Shown: positions 18,400 to 27,044 of the stretch, one piece after another
How positions within the stretch are numbered: position 1 is the stretch's first letter
Layout: each line of letters opens with the position of its first letter
DNA from: Pseudomonas aeruginosa
GTDB lineage: Bacteria > Pseudomonadota > Gammaproteobacteria > Pseudomonadales > Pseudomonadaceae
Assembly: GCF_001457615.1 (NCBI RefSeq)
Contig: NZ_LN831024.1
Coordinates: forward strand, 3,660,001 to 3,692,000
Length of the DNA: 32,000 bases
Reading direction: 5' to 3'
The notes under the pieces: model-generated
The model's input: only the letters and a program-made list of their open reading frames with translations
The model's database searches: none
What the model was told of the DNA's origin: nothing
Made by a program: the position numbers and the translations under genes

Positions 18400-19491
18400 T
18401 CACAGCTGCGGCAGGACCGGCGTGTCGACGCGCACGTCGGCGTTCTGCCCACGCTGGCGCAGCAACTGGTCGAGCAGGACGATGGCCATCATCGCCTCGG
18501 CGATCGGCGTGGCGCGGATGCCGACGCACGGGTCGTGACGGCCCTTGGTGATCATGTCCACCGGCTCGCCGGCGGTATCGATCGAGCGCCCGGGAGTGGT
18601 GATGCTGGAGGTCGGCTTCAGCGCCAGGTGGGCGACGATCGGCTGGCCGGAGGAGATCCCGCCGAGGATGCCGCCGGCATTGTTCGACAGGAAGCCTTGC
18701 GGGGTCAGTTCGTCGCGGTGCTCGGTGCCGCGCTGGGCGATGCTGGCGAAGCCGGCGCCGATCTCCACGCCCTTCACCGCGTTGATGCTCATCAGCGCAT
18801 GCGCCAGTTCGGCGTCCAGGCGGTCGAAGATCGGCTCGCCCAGGCCCGGCGGCACGCCTTCGGCAACCACGGTGATCTTCGCCCCGACCGAATCCTGGTC
18901 GCGGCGCAATTGGTCCATGTAGGCCTCCAGCTCCGGCACCTTGTCCGGGTCGGGGCTGAAGAAGGCATTCTGCTCGACGCTGTCCCAGCTCCTGAACGGA
19001 ATCTCGATCGGCCCGAGCTGGCTCATGTAGCCGCGCACCTGGATGCCCAGGCCCGCCAGGTATTTCTTGGCGATAGCCCCGGCGGCCACACGCATGGCGG
19101 TCTCGCGCGCCGAGGAACGGCCGCCGCCGCGGTAGTCGCGCACGCCGTACTTGTGGTGGTAGGTGTAGTCGGCATGGGCCGGGCGGAACAGGTCCTTGAT
19201 CGCCGAGTAGTCCTTGGACTTCTGGTCGGTGTTGCGGATCAGCAGGCCGATCGGCGTGCCGGTGGTCTTGCCCTCGAACACCCCGGAAAGAATCTCCACC
19301 TCGTCGGCTTCCTGGCGCTGGGTGGTGTGCCGGCTGGTGCCGGGCTTGCGCCGGTCGAGGTCGCGTTGCAGGTCCCGGGCGGACAGTTCCAGCCCCGGGG
19401 GGCACCCATCGACGATGGCGACCAGCGCCGGGCCGTGGCTTTCGCCTGCGGTGGTGACGGTGAAGAGCTTGCCGTAGGTGTTGCCGGACAT
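18400..19491 (-). CDS. aroC: Chorismate synthase
   Basis: 363-aa [39 protein letters not shown]...GRHDPCVG..., a full-length AroC signature. Confidence 0.97.
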
Positions 19492-19598
19492 GCGAGGCTC
19501 CGCGTGAGGACGAGAGGGAAAGACATCGGAGTATACCCGTCAAGGACGGGCCTGCGAACCTTCCCCGGAGGACGCGATCAAAGCGCTATCATCGGCCC

Positions 19599-20582
19599 AT
19601 GAAGACCTCCATGCCGCGCGCCCTCCTCGCCCTGTTCTGCCTGCTCGCCAGCCTGGCCCACGCCGCTCCCAACAGCATCCTGCACCGCCCCTACGACCTG
19701 GACACCGGGCACGGCGTGCTGCGCGGCTCCTTGCTGCTGCCGCGCAGCGCCGTGCCGCCGCCGGTGGTCCTGCTGGTCGCCGGCTCCGGTCCCACCGATC
19801 GCGACGGCAACAACCCCTTCGGCGGCAACAACCGCTACCTGTTGCGTCTCGCCGAGGCCCTGGCCGAACGCGGAATCGCCAGCGTGCGCTACGACAAGCG
19901 GGGAGTCGCCCGCAGCCTGGCGGCGGCGCCGCGCGAGGAAGACCTCAGCGTCGGCGTCTATGTCGACGACGTGGTCGCCTGGAGCGAGCGGCTGGCCCGC
20001 GACCCGCGCTTCTCCCGGCTGATCCTGGTCGGCCATAGCGAAGGCGCGCTGATCGCCAGCCTGGCGGCGCCTCGCACGCCGGCCGAGGAATTGATCGCCA
20101 TCGCCGGCAGCGGCCAACCCATCGACCGGGTGTTGCGCGAGCAACTGCGCGGTCGCCTGCCGCCGGCGCAACTGCGCCAGGCCGACTCGGTGCTGGCTTC
20201 GCTGAAGGCCGGCGAGACCCGCGGCGATATCCCGCCGGCGCTCGCCAACCTGCTCCGCCCCAGCGTGCAGCCGTACCTGATCTCGCTGTTCCGCGAAGAC
20301 CCGGCCCGCGCGTTCGGCCGCCTGCGCATCCCGACCCTGATCGTCCAGGGCCGCAATGACATCCAGGTCGGCGTCGCCGACGCCGAGGCGCTCCAGCGAG
20401 CCAAGCCCGACTCGCAACTGGTGCTCATCGACGGCATGAACCACATCCTGCGGATCGCCCCGAGCACCGGTCTCCAGCAGCTTTCCGCCTACAACGACCC
20501 GAACCTGCCGCTGGCCCGGCAACTGGTCGAGGCGGTCAGCCGCTTCATCCTGCGCGGCGCAGAGGCGGAAAAAGGCCGCTGA
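19599..20582 (+). CDS. Secreted/periplasmic alpha/beta-fold hydrolase
   Basis: 327-aa ORF with a signal peptide (ALLALFCLLASLAHA/AP) and nucleophile elbow GHSEG (LILVGHSEGALIA). Confidence 0.85.
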   Translation: MKTSMPRALLALFCLLASLAHAAPNSILHRPYDLDTGHGVLRGSLLLPRSAVPPPVVLLVAGSGPTDRDGNNPFGGNNRYLLRLAEALAERGIASVRYDKRGVARSLAAAPREEDLSVGVYVDDVVAWSERLARDPRFSRLILVGHSEGALIASLAAPRTPAEELIAIAGSGQPIDRVLREQLRGRLPPAQLRQADSVLASLKAGETRGDIPPALANLLRPSVQPYLISLFREDPARAFGRLRIPTLIVQGRNDIQVGVADAEALQRAKPDSQLVLIDGMNHILRIAPSTGLQQLSAYNDPNLPLARQLVEAVSRFILRGAEAEKGR

Positions 20583-20659
20583 GCCGCTACAGAAATCGCT
20601 TCCCGCGCCGACAAGTTCTGAAAGCCGGCCCGTGAAGGCGGCCGGCCAGAGGATGTCCG

Positions 20660-21439
20660 ATGATCGATAGCGATACCCAACCGGCCGCAGAAGAAGCCGA
20701 GAAGAAACCGCCGCACCCCTGGGCCGAACTGGCGCCGGAGCATTTCCGCCTGCTCCGCCTGGCGCCACTGCCCACCGACCGCGCGACCGGCGCCCGCCCC
20801 CTGCGCTTCGTCCAGCTCGGCAGGGTCGAACGGCACAGCGCGGACCAGAGCCTGCTGCGCCTGAGCATCCAGGTGCCAGGCCTGATGCTGCGCAAGGAGC
20901 AGAACCTGCTGGAGGTCTGGGCCGATCATCGCAACAAGGAAGTGCGTTTCGGTTCGGACGCCGGGCTCAGCCTGGAACCCTTGAACCGCGGGCTGGGCCG
21001 TTTCCTGCTGGCCCAGGCGATCGCCTGGGCGCAACGACGCTGGGCCCACTACAAGGTGGAAGGCGGCGCACTGGCGCTGAAGGATGGCCTGACCGAAGAC
21101 GCACGCCTGCGCCGCGACCATTTCATCCGCGCCCAGGGCTTCGACGTCAGCTATGAGGACCAGCGGTTGCTCAAGGCCCGCTACAGCGCCGGCCGGGTCA
21201 GTGAGCTGCACAGCGATTGGCACAAGGACAAGGTGCAGATCGTGCCGCTGCTGGACGCCGCGGCGATGCTGGAACAGGCCGAGCAGACCCTGCAGGCCCA
21301 GGATGCGGAGATCCGCCAACTGGAACAGCGCATCAACCACTACCGCCGCGACGACACCAGCCTGCGCTTCACCATCGCCTGCCTGACCGCCTTCGCGGTG
21401 TTCCAGGCCGGCCTGCTGATCTGGATCGCCACTCACTGA
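20660..21439 (+). CDS. Hypothetical protein: GNAT-like core, coiled coil and C-terminal TM anchor
   Basis: 259-aa ORF. The central LEPLNRGLGRFLLAQAIAWAQRRW resembles the acetyl-CoA-binding motif A of GNAT enzymes. A coiled coil follows (MLEQAEQTLQAQDAEIRQLEQRINHY), then a hydrophobic tail (FTIACLTAFAVFQAGLLIWIA). Confidence 0.7.
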   Translation: MIDSDTQPAAEEAEKKPPHPWAELAPEHFRLLRLAPLPTDRATGARPLRFVQLGRVERHSADQSLLRLSIQVPGLMLRKEQNLLEVWADHRNKEVRFGSDAGLSLEPLNRGLGRFLLAQAIAWAQRRWAHYKVEGGALALKDGLTEDARLRRDHFIRAQGFDVSYEDQRLLKARYSAGRVSELHSDWHKDKVQIVPLLDAAAMLEQAEQTLQAQDAEIRQLEQRINHYRRDDTSLRFTIACLTAFAVFQAGLLIWIATH

Positions 21440-21463
21440 ACCGGCGGCACCAGCCGCCTCCGA

Positions 21464-22378
21464 TCACTTTTCCAAGCGCGAACGGAACAGTTCCCGGTGC
21501 TCGCGGCACTGCGCGGCGGACAGCATGAACACCCCGTGGCCGCCGTGCTCGAACTCCAGCCAGGTGAAGTCCACTTCCGGATACAGCGCCTGCACATGGA
21601 CCTCGCTGTTGCCCACCTCGACGATCAGCAGGCCTTTCTCGCTGAGGTGGTCGGCCGCCTCGGCGAGCATCCGTCGCACCAGGTCCAGGCCGTCGTCGCC
21701 GCAGGCCAGGCCGAGTTCAGGCTCATGATGGAACTCCGCCGGCATGTCGGCGAAATCCTCGGCATCCACGTAGGGCGGATTGGACACGATCAGGTCGAAG
21801 CGCTGGCCGGGAAGCCCGGCGAAACCGTCGCCCTGGACGGTGTAGACCCGCTCGCCGAGGTCGTGGCGCTCGATATTGACGTTGGCCACCTCCAGCGCAT
21901 CGAAGGACAGGTCGGCGAGCACCACCTCCGCCTGCTCGAACGCATAGGCGCAGGCGATGCCGATGCAGCCGGAACCGGTGCAGAGGTCGAGGATTCGCGC
22001 CGGCTCGGCCGGCAGCCAGGGCGCGAAGCGCTGTTCGATAAGTTCGGCGATAGGCGAGCGCGGCACCAGCACGCGTTCGTCGACGCTGAAGGGAATCCCG
22101 CAGAACCAGGCTTCGCCCAGCAGGTAGGCCGCCGGAATCCGTTCCTCGATGCGCCGCCGGAGGATCTCCGCCAACTCGGCGCGTTCATCGTCTTCCAGGC
22201 GACAATCCAGGTAGCTGTCAGAAATTTCCCAGGGAAGGTGCAGGGAGCCCAGAACCAGGTGGCGCGCCTCGTCCCAGGCATTGTCGGTGCCGTGACCGAA
22301 GAACAGGCCGGCGGCGTGGAAACGGCTGACAGCCCAGCGGATATAGTCACGCAGGGTGAGCAGACGGGACTCGGACAT
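21464..22378 (-). CDS. prmB: Ribosomal protein L3 glutamine N5-methyltransferase (PrmB/HemK family)
   Basis: Start taken at [20 protein letters not shown] (ATG 22378, 304 aa). SAM-binding [12 protein letters not shown] and catalytic NPPY (IVSNPPYV) present. Confidence 0.9.
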
Positions 22379-22548
22379 GACGGAATTGCTCCTCGCAACG
22401 CACAAAAGGGCGACATTCTAGCCGATCGCGCCGGAGCTGGCCTCCAGCGCGGGAAGTCCATACCACTTTAGTGCGCATGCGGCAAAGGTTCACAGGCTCG
22501 CCGATAGGGGCCAGAATGAAAGGCATGTGCCTTCTCAGGAGTAGTGAC

Positions 22549-23145
22549 ATGCCTCATCCGCTCACCCTTTTGCAGATCAGCGGACGCGGCTACCCGCCAG
22601 CCCCCCTTCGGCAGAGCACCTTGCTGATCATCGATGCCCAGGAAGAGTACCGCAGCGGCGCCCTGCGCCTGCCAGGCCTCGACGCCGCCGCCGCGGAGAT
22701 CGGCGTGCTGGTGCAGGCGGCCCGCGCCAGCGGTACGCCCATCGTGCATGTACGCCACCTGGGTATCCAGGGCGGCCTGTTCGATCCGCAAGGGCCGCGC
22801 GGCCAGTTCCTCCCGGAACTGCAACCGGAAGCCGGGGAAAAGGTCGTGGAGAAACGCCTGCCCAATGCCTTCTCCGGCACCGAGCTGCACGACCTGCTGC
22901 AGAACCACGGCCGTCTCGACCTGATCGTCTGCGGCTTCATGACCCATTCCAGCGTCAGCACCACCGTGCGCGCGGCCAAGGACTACGGCTACCGCTGCAC
23001 CCTCGCCGATAGCGCCTGCGCCACCCGCGACATACCCACCCTGAACGGCGGGGTCCTGAGCGCCGCGGACCTGCAACGCGCCGAGATCGCCGCCCTCGGC
23101 GACAACTTCGCGGCGATCGTCGCCCAGGCCCGGGAACTTCTCTGA
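22549..23145 (+). CDS. Isochorismatase-family (cysteine-hydrolase-fold) protein
   Basis: Start at ATG 22549 (MPHPLTLLQISG...), with AGGAG 8 nt upstream, giving 198 aa. Family motifs TLLIIDAQEEY and DLIVCGFMTHSSVSTTVR present. Confidence 0.85.
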   Translation: MPHPLTLLQISGRGYPPAPLRQSTLLIIDAQEEYRSGALRLPGLDAAAAEIGVLVQAARASGTPIVHVRHLGIQGGLFDPQGPRGQFLPELQPEAGEKVVEKRLPNAFSGTELHDLLQNHGRLDLIVCGFMTHSSVSTTVRAAKDYGYRCTLADSACATRDIPTLNGGVLSAADLQRAEIAALGDNFAAIVAQARELL

Positions 23146-23317
23146 CCGCCCATCCAGCCGCCCTCCCGTCCCGCCCTGCGGAGGACTAGTCTGCCTGCAG
23201 GGCCATGGCTTGCGGCGAGAAGACGAGTGGCGCACGGTTTGCCCACGGCTCCCGGGAATCCGGGAACCCGGCCGGAAGGTTCCGGTCCTAGCCCCGATGA
23301 CACACGAGGAAGTCGGG

Positions 23318-23638
23318 ATGAAGTTGTCCGATAGTTTCGATGCGCGCCGGCTGCGCCCGCGCCGGCCGAGAGTCTGGCGCTGGCGCCTGGCGGCGGCGTT
23401 CGCGGCCCTGGTGGCGAGCCTGGGCGTGCTGCTGTCGCTGGCCGGCACCTCGGCCTTGATCGGCCGCCAGCCGGCTGTCGGCATGCTGCATATCGAACCC
23501 GCCGCTGGCGGCGTCTTGCTGGCCCTTGGCCTGCTGTCGCTCTGCCTCGGCGTGTTCTTCTGGCGTTTCAGCCGCCGCCGCAGCCGCCGCAACAGCGACC
23601 TGAGCCTGTCGCCGAACCTGATGAAAAAGCGCGACTGA
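23318..23638 (+). CDS. Small Arg-rich two-TM membrane protein, function unknown
   Basis: Start at ATG 23318 (MKLSDSFDARRL...) with a GAGGAAG Shine-Dalgarno upstream, giving 106 aa. Two hydrophobic segments (LAAAFAALVASLGVLLSLAG; GGVLLALGLLSLCLGVFFW). The longer track ORF start at 23210 lacks support. Confidence 0.65.
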   Translation: MKLSDSFDARRLRPRRPRVWRWRLAAAFAALVASLGVLLSLAGTSALIGRQPAVGMLHIEPAAGGVLLALGLLSLCLGVFFWRFSRRRSRRNSDLSLSPNLMKKRD

Positions 23639-23694
23639 GCGGGCTGCCGGCGTCCGGCCGATCCGGTAAACTGCGCCGCTTCGCGGAGGCTCCC

Positions 23695-24252
23695 ATGCAA
23701 GACGACGACTTTTCCCTGTTCAAGAGCGAGATGCGCGGCGTCAAGCGCATCTCGGTCGATCGAGCCGATACCGGCAAACCTCGCAACGACCGCCAGCAAC
23801 TCAAGCAGCGCCAGCTCAATGCCAGCGTGCGCAACGACGAAATCCGCGTCGATGGCCTGTCCGACCAGTTCGTCATCGACGTCGGCCCCGAGGACGAGCT
23901 GTCCTGGGCCCGCGACGGCGTCCAGGAAAGCCAGTTGCGCAAGCTCAAGCAGGGCCTGGTGCCCTTCGACGGTAGCCTCGACCTGCACGGCATGAGCGTG
24001 GAGAAGGCCCGGCAGACGCTATGGGACTTCCTTGCCGAGGCCACCCGCCTGGAAATCCGCTGCGTGCGCGTGACCCATGGCAAGGCCGCGCGCAAGGACG
24101 GACGCAGCCCGCTGGTGAAAAGCCACGTCAATACCTGGTTGCGCCAGCACCCGCAGGTGCTCGGTTTCACCTCCTGCCTGCCACGCCACGGCGGCACCGG
24201 CTCGGTCTACGTGATGCTGCGCAGGACCATGCTCGAAGGCCGCGACGAGTAG
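23695..24252 (+). CDS. Smr-domain protein (SmrA/YdaL-like DNA endonuclease family)
   Basis: 185-aa ORF with a C-terminal Smr domain ([19 protein letters not shown]...VRVTHGKA...). GGAGG Shine-Dalgarno upstream. Confidence 0.85.
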   Translation: MQDDDFSLFKSEMRGVKRISVDRADTGKPRNDRQQLKQRQLNASVRNDEIRVDGLSDQFVIDVGPEDELSWARDGVQESQLRKLKQGLVPFDGSLDLHGMSVEKARQTLWDFLAEATRLEIRCVRVTHGKAARKDGRSPLVKSHVNTWLRQHPQVLGFTSCLPRHGGTGSVYVMLRRTMLEGRDE

Positions 24253-24329
24253 CCGGCAAGCGCCGAGTCTTGCCAGCGGCCCGGCGACGTCCTACCCTCC
24301 GCGCTGGTAATCGTCTGACTGGAACGCCC

Positions 24330-24875
24330 ATGTCCCTGGAACAACACTACTCCTCGATCCTCACCCAGCTCGGCGAGGACGTTAACCGCGAAGGTCTGCT
24401 GGACACGCCCAAGCGTGCCGCCAAGGCCATGAAGTACCTGTGCCGCGGCTACCAACAGAGCCTGGAAGAAGTCGTCAACGGTGCCCTGTTCAGCTCCGAC
24501 AACAGCGAAATGGTATTGGTCAAGGACATCGAGCTGTACTCGCTCTGCGAGCACCACCTGCTGCCCTTCATCGGCAAGGCCCACGTGGCCTATATCCCGA
24601 ACGGCAAGGTGCTCGGCCTGTCGAAGGTCGCGCGGATCGTCGACATGTACGCCCGCCGCCTGCAGATCCAGGAGAACATGAGCCGGCAGATCGCCGAGGC
24701 GGTCCAGCAGGTCACCGGCGCCCTCGGCGTCGCGGTGGTGATCCAGGCCCAGCACATGTGCATGATGATGCGCGGCGTGGAAAAGCAGAACTCGTCCATG
24801 GTCACTTCGGTGATGCTCGGCGAATTCCGCGACAACGCCGCCACCCGCAGCGAATTCCTCAGCCTGATCCGCTGA
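24330..24875 (+). CDS. folE: GTP cyclohydrolase I (FolE type)
   Basis: Start at ATG 24330 ([34 protein letters not shown]), giving 181 aa. Active-site block [21 protein letters not shown] recall this paralogue being named folE2 in PAO1. Confidence 0.94.
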   Translation: MSLEQHYSSILTQLGEDVNREGLLDTPKRAAKAMKYLCRGYQQSLEEVVNGALFSSDNSEMVLVKDIELYSLCEHHLLPFIGKAHVAYIPNGKVLGLSKVARIVDMYARRLQIQENMSRQIAEAVQQVTGALGVAVVIQAQHMCMMMRGVEKQNSSMVTSVMLGEFRDNAATRSEFLSLIR

Positions 24876-24896
24876 GGCCAGGTCCGCTGGCGAAAG

Positions 24897-24926
24897 AACC
24901 GGCCCCACTGGGCCGGTTTTGCGTTT
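24897..24926 (+). terminator. Bidirectional rho-independent terminator between folE and the hemerythrin gene
   Basis: Perfect 9-bp stem AACCGGCCC (24897-24905) / GGGCCGGTT (24910-24918) with loop CACT. It is followed by TTGCGTTT on the plus strand and by TTCTTTCG on the minus strand. Confidence 0.8.
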
Positions 24927-24939
24927 CCTTCCCCGGCGA

Positions 24940-25401
24940 TCAGCCGAAGAAGCGCTTCATCGAGCGCGACAACCAACCGCCCTCGCTCTTGTCCTTGACC
25001 AGTTCGGACATGCTGTGGCGTACCGCATCCACATATCCGGCGTCGTCGTTGCGGATGTGGTTGAACAGCCAGCGCGAGAGCAAGCCCTTGAGTTCATCGC
25101 CGACATCCTCGCCGGCCTGGAAGCGCACCCGGTATTCGGAGACCCGGCGGATGAACAGCTCGTGGATCTTCTTGTGCGCCCGGGAAAACTGGTAGCCGGC
25201 ATCCTCCATCAGGGTTTCCTCGAAGGCGAAGTGCGACAGCGTGTAGTCCACCAGCTCCTCGATCACCTCGGCGATCGCCGCGTGTTCCTTGCCTTGCTGG
25301 GCGTCGTGCAGGTGATTGATCATCTCGACGATGCGTTTGTGTTGATTGTCGATGACCTGAATACCGGTATTCAGGTCATCCTGCCAGACCAGATGCGCCA
25401 T
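24940..25401 (-). CDS. Bacteriohemerythrin (O2-binding di-iron protein)
   Basis: Start at ATG 25401 ([31 protein letters not shown]...), giving 153 aa, with a GGGGAAG Shine-Dalgarno. Hemerythrin His/Glu ligand pattern present (H..H...E, HF..EE, H..H, H....D). Confidence 0.92.
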   Translation of the reverse strand: MAHLVWQDDLNTGIQVIDNQHKRIVEMINHLHDAQQGKEHAAIAEVIEELVDYTLSHFAFEETLMEDAGYQFSRAHKKIHELFIRRVSEYRVRFQAGEDVGDELKGLLSRWLFNHIRNDDAGYVDAVRHSMSELVKDKSEGGWLSRSMKRFFG

Positions 25402-25481
25402 GATGACTTCCCCCAAGCGAACAGCGAACGGCCTTTCCGAACGGCCTGGGGCCAGGGTATTTTTGTGACGCAGTACGGGTA

Positions 25482-25495
25482 TTGACGCCGGTCAA
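25482..25495 (-). promoter_or_regulatory. Anr/Dnr (FNR-family) box upstream of the hemerythrin gene
   Basis: TTGACGCCGGTCAA is a perfect palindromic match to TTGA(C/T)-N4-(G/A)TCAA. It is centred 87.5 nt upstream of the hemerythrin ATG. A TACCCT -10 candidate sits at the class-II distance. Confidence 0.65.
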
Positions 25496-25646
25496 GCGGG
25501 ACAAGATGTTAATGAATTTCGCATGAATTCATTCGCCCCCCTCGCGGCGGCATGCCCGCTCGATCCGCTCGGTTTCGCGCGGCTGAACATCCGCCATCGT
25601 CGCCGGAAAGCGGCGTCACCAGTGGTCCCGACAGGACAGGAAGGAA

Positions 25647-26027
25647 ATGAACCTGATCGCGCACGTGGAAATACCGGTGTCCGACCTGGGGAGGGCGATG
25701 CGTTTCTACGCCTCGGTGTTCGGAGTGGCGTTCGGCGAGGTAGCCACCCTGCACGGAAGCAGAATGGCGCATTTCCCCTTCGAGGAAGGCCGTGACGGTG
25801 CCAGCGGCGCACTCGCCGAGGGCGACGTCTACGTGCCTACGCTACATGGGGCGATCATCTACCTGAATGTCGCGGACCTGGATGCCGTCATTGCCCGGGC
25901 CCTCGGCGAAGGCAGCGAAATCCTCTTCCCGAAGACGCCGCTTGGCGACGGCGTGTTCATCGCCGAGATCAGGGACAGCGAAGGCAATCGTATCGCCCTG
26001 CAGAGCGCTTGCGGAGAGCGGCCGTAG
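25647..26027 (+). CDS. VOC/glyoxalase-bleomycin-resistance-dioxygenase family protein
   Basis: 126-aa ORF MNLIAHVEIPVSDLGRAMRFYASVFGVAFGE...VFIAEIRDSEGNRIALQS, the typical VOC fold pattern. GGAAGGAA Shine-Dalgarno upstream. Confidence 0.85.
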   Translation: MNLIAHVEIPVSDLGRAMRFYASVFGVAFGEVATLHGSRMAHFPFEEGRDGASGALAEGDVYVPTLHGAIIYLNVADLDAVIARALGEGSEILFPKTPLGDGVFIAEIRDSEGNRIALQSACGERP

Positions 26028-26054
26028 AGGTCCTGCAAACCGAGCGCCGCCGGC

Positions 26055-27044
26055 TCAACGGGCAAGAACGCCGGCCAGCCAGGAACGCCGCGCGCCCAGC
26101 GCTTCCTGCAATTCGCGGACGCCGATGCAGCGCCGTTCGGGGTCGAGGCTCAGGGCGGTACGCAGCGCCGGCCAGCAGCGCCGAGGCAGGTGTCCGGGCG
26201 CGCGCAGCTGGCGCTCCAGCCCCTGCTCCCGGGCCTGGTTCGAGGGCAGGCGGCGGAACGGATGGCGACCGTCGGCCAGTTCGTAGAGGACGCAGGCCAG
26301 CGCATACAGGTCGGCCGCCGGCGACAATGGCGCGCCCTCGAGCAGTTCGGGAGCGGCGTAGCCCGGAGTCCAGGCGTCGATGCGGCCCCGGCTGAGCTGC
26401 GGCAGGCCATCCAGGATGCCTGCCTGCGCCTGGCCGAGGCCGAAGTCGAAGAGCCGCACGCCCTCTTCGCCGAGCATCACGTTGCTCGGCTTCAGGTCGC
26501 CATGCAGTACTCCTTGTTCGTGGACGTAGGCCAGAACATCCAGCAACGGCCGGGCGATCGCGCTCAGCTCGGACCAGGGCAGGCCTTCGGGACGCTCGCA
26601 GAGCAGGCGGTCGAGCGGCAGGCCAGGCATGAGTTCCATGACGATGTAGGCGCGCTGGCATGCGGTGTCGACGTCGAAGGTGAACAGACGCACGACGTTC
26701 GGATGGCGCAAGCGCCGGGTCAGGGCGAACTCGCTATAGAGCAAGGCGCTGGCGTCGGGTGACTCGGCGACCGACTCGTTGAGCAGCTTCAGCGCTACCA
26801 GCGGCGCCGGGTCGCCGAACTGCTCATGGAGCAGGTCCCGGGCACGGTAGACCGTCCCCATGCCGCCGGCGCCGAGCATCCGCTCCAGACGGTAGCGCCC
26901 GGAAAGAACGTCCGGCAGCGGACCGGGCAACACCGCCGGCAGGTCCGGCGCCGAGGCGGTCGGGGCGGCGAAGGCGAAATAGGTCAGGTTCGCGCCGCCC
27001 TCCTCCTCCGGCAGCAGCTCCAGCGACGACAGCGGTTCGTTCAT
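26055..27044 (-). CDS. stk1: Hanks-type Ser/Thr protein kinase Stk1 (H2-T6SS associated)
   Basis: Start at ATG 27044, which overlaps the stp1 stop as ATGA, giving 329 aa. Kinase motifs GAGGMGTVYRARD, VALK, HGDLKPSNVML, DFGLGQ and YAAPE present. The 495-aa track ORF is an out-of-frame extension through stp1. Confidence 0.92.
   Translation of the reverse strand: MNEPLSSLELLPEEEGGANLTYFAFAAPTASAPDLPAVLPGPLPDVLSGRYRLERMLGAGGMGTVYRARDLLHEQFGDPAPLVALKLLNESVAESPDASALLYSEFALTRRLRHPNVVRLFTFDVDTACQRAYIVMELMPGLPLDRLLCERPEGLPWSELSAIARPLLDVLAYVHEQGVLHGDLKPSNVMLGEEGVRLFDFGLGQAQAGILDGLPQLSRGRIDAWTPGYAAPELLEGAPLSPAADLYALACVLYELADGRHPFRRLPSNQAREQGLERQLRAPGHLPRRCWPALRTALSLDPERRCIGVRELQEALGARRSWLAGVLAR

Noticed and set aside
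20624-20646. Hairpin GCCGGCC-N9-GGCCGGC after the alpha/beta hydrolase gene as a terminator
   Set aside because: No U-tract follows, and it abuts the ribosome-binding region of the next gene. A 7-bp GC palindrome arises too easily by chance at this GC content to be called a terminator.
23146-23317. Several short hairpins (CCCGG-GAAT-CCGGG; GGAACC-N9-GGTTCC) and an ACTAGT site in the 172-bp spacer before the small membrane gene, considered as a riboswitch or sRNA
   Set aside because: The stems are short (5-6 bp) and overlapping, with no recognisable riboswitch core or terminator. The evidence is insufficient from sequence alone.
22468-23988. 506-aa minus-strand ORF
   Set aside because: It runs antisense across three independent plus-strand genes (isochorismatase-family, small membrane protein, Smr protein) and their intergenic regions. 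It has no domain signature.
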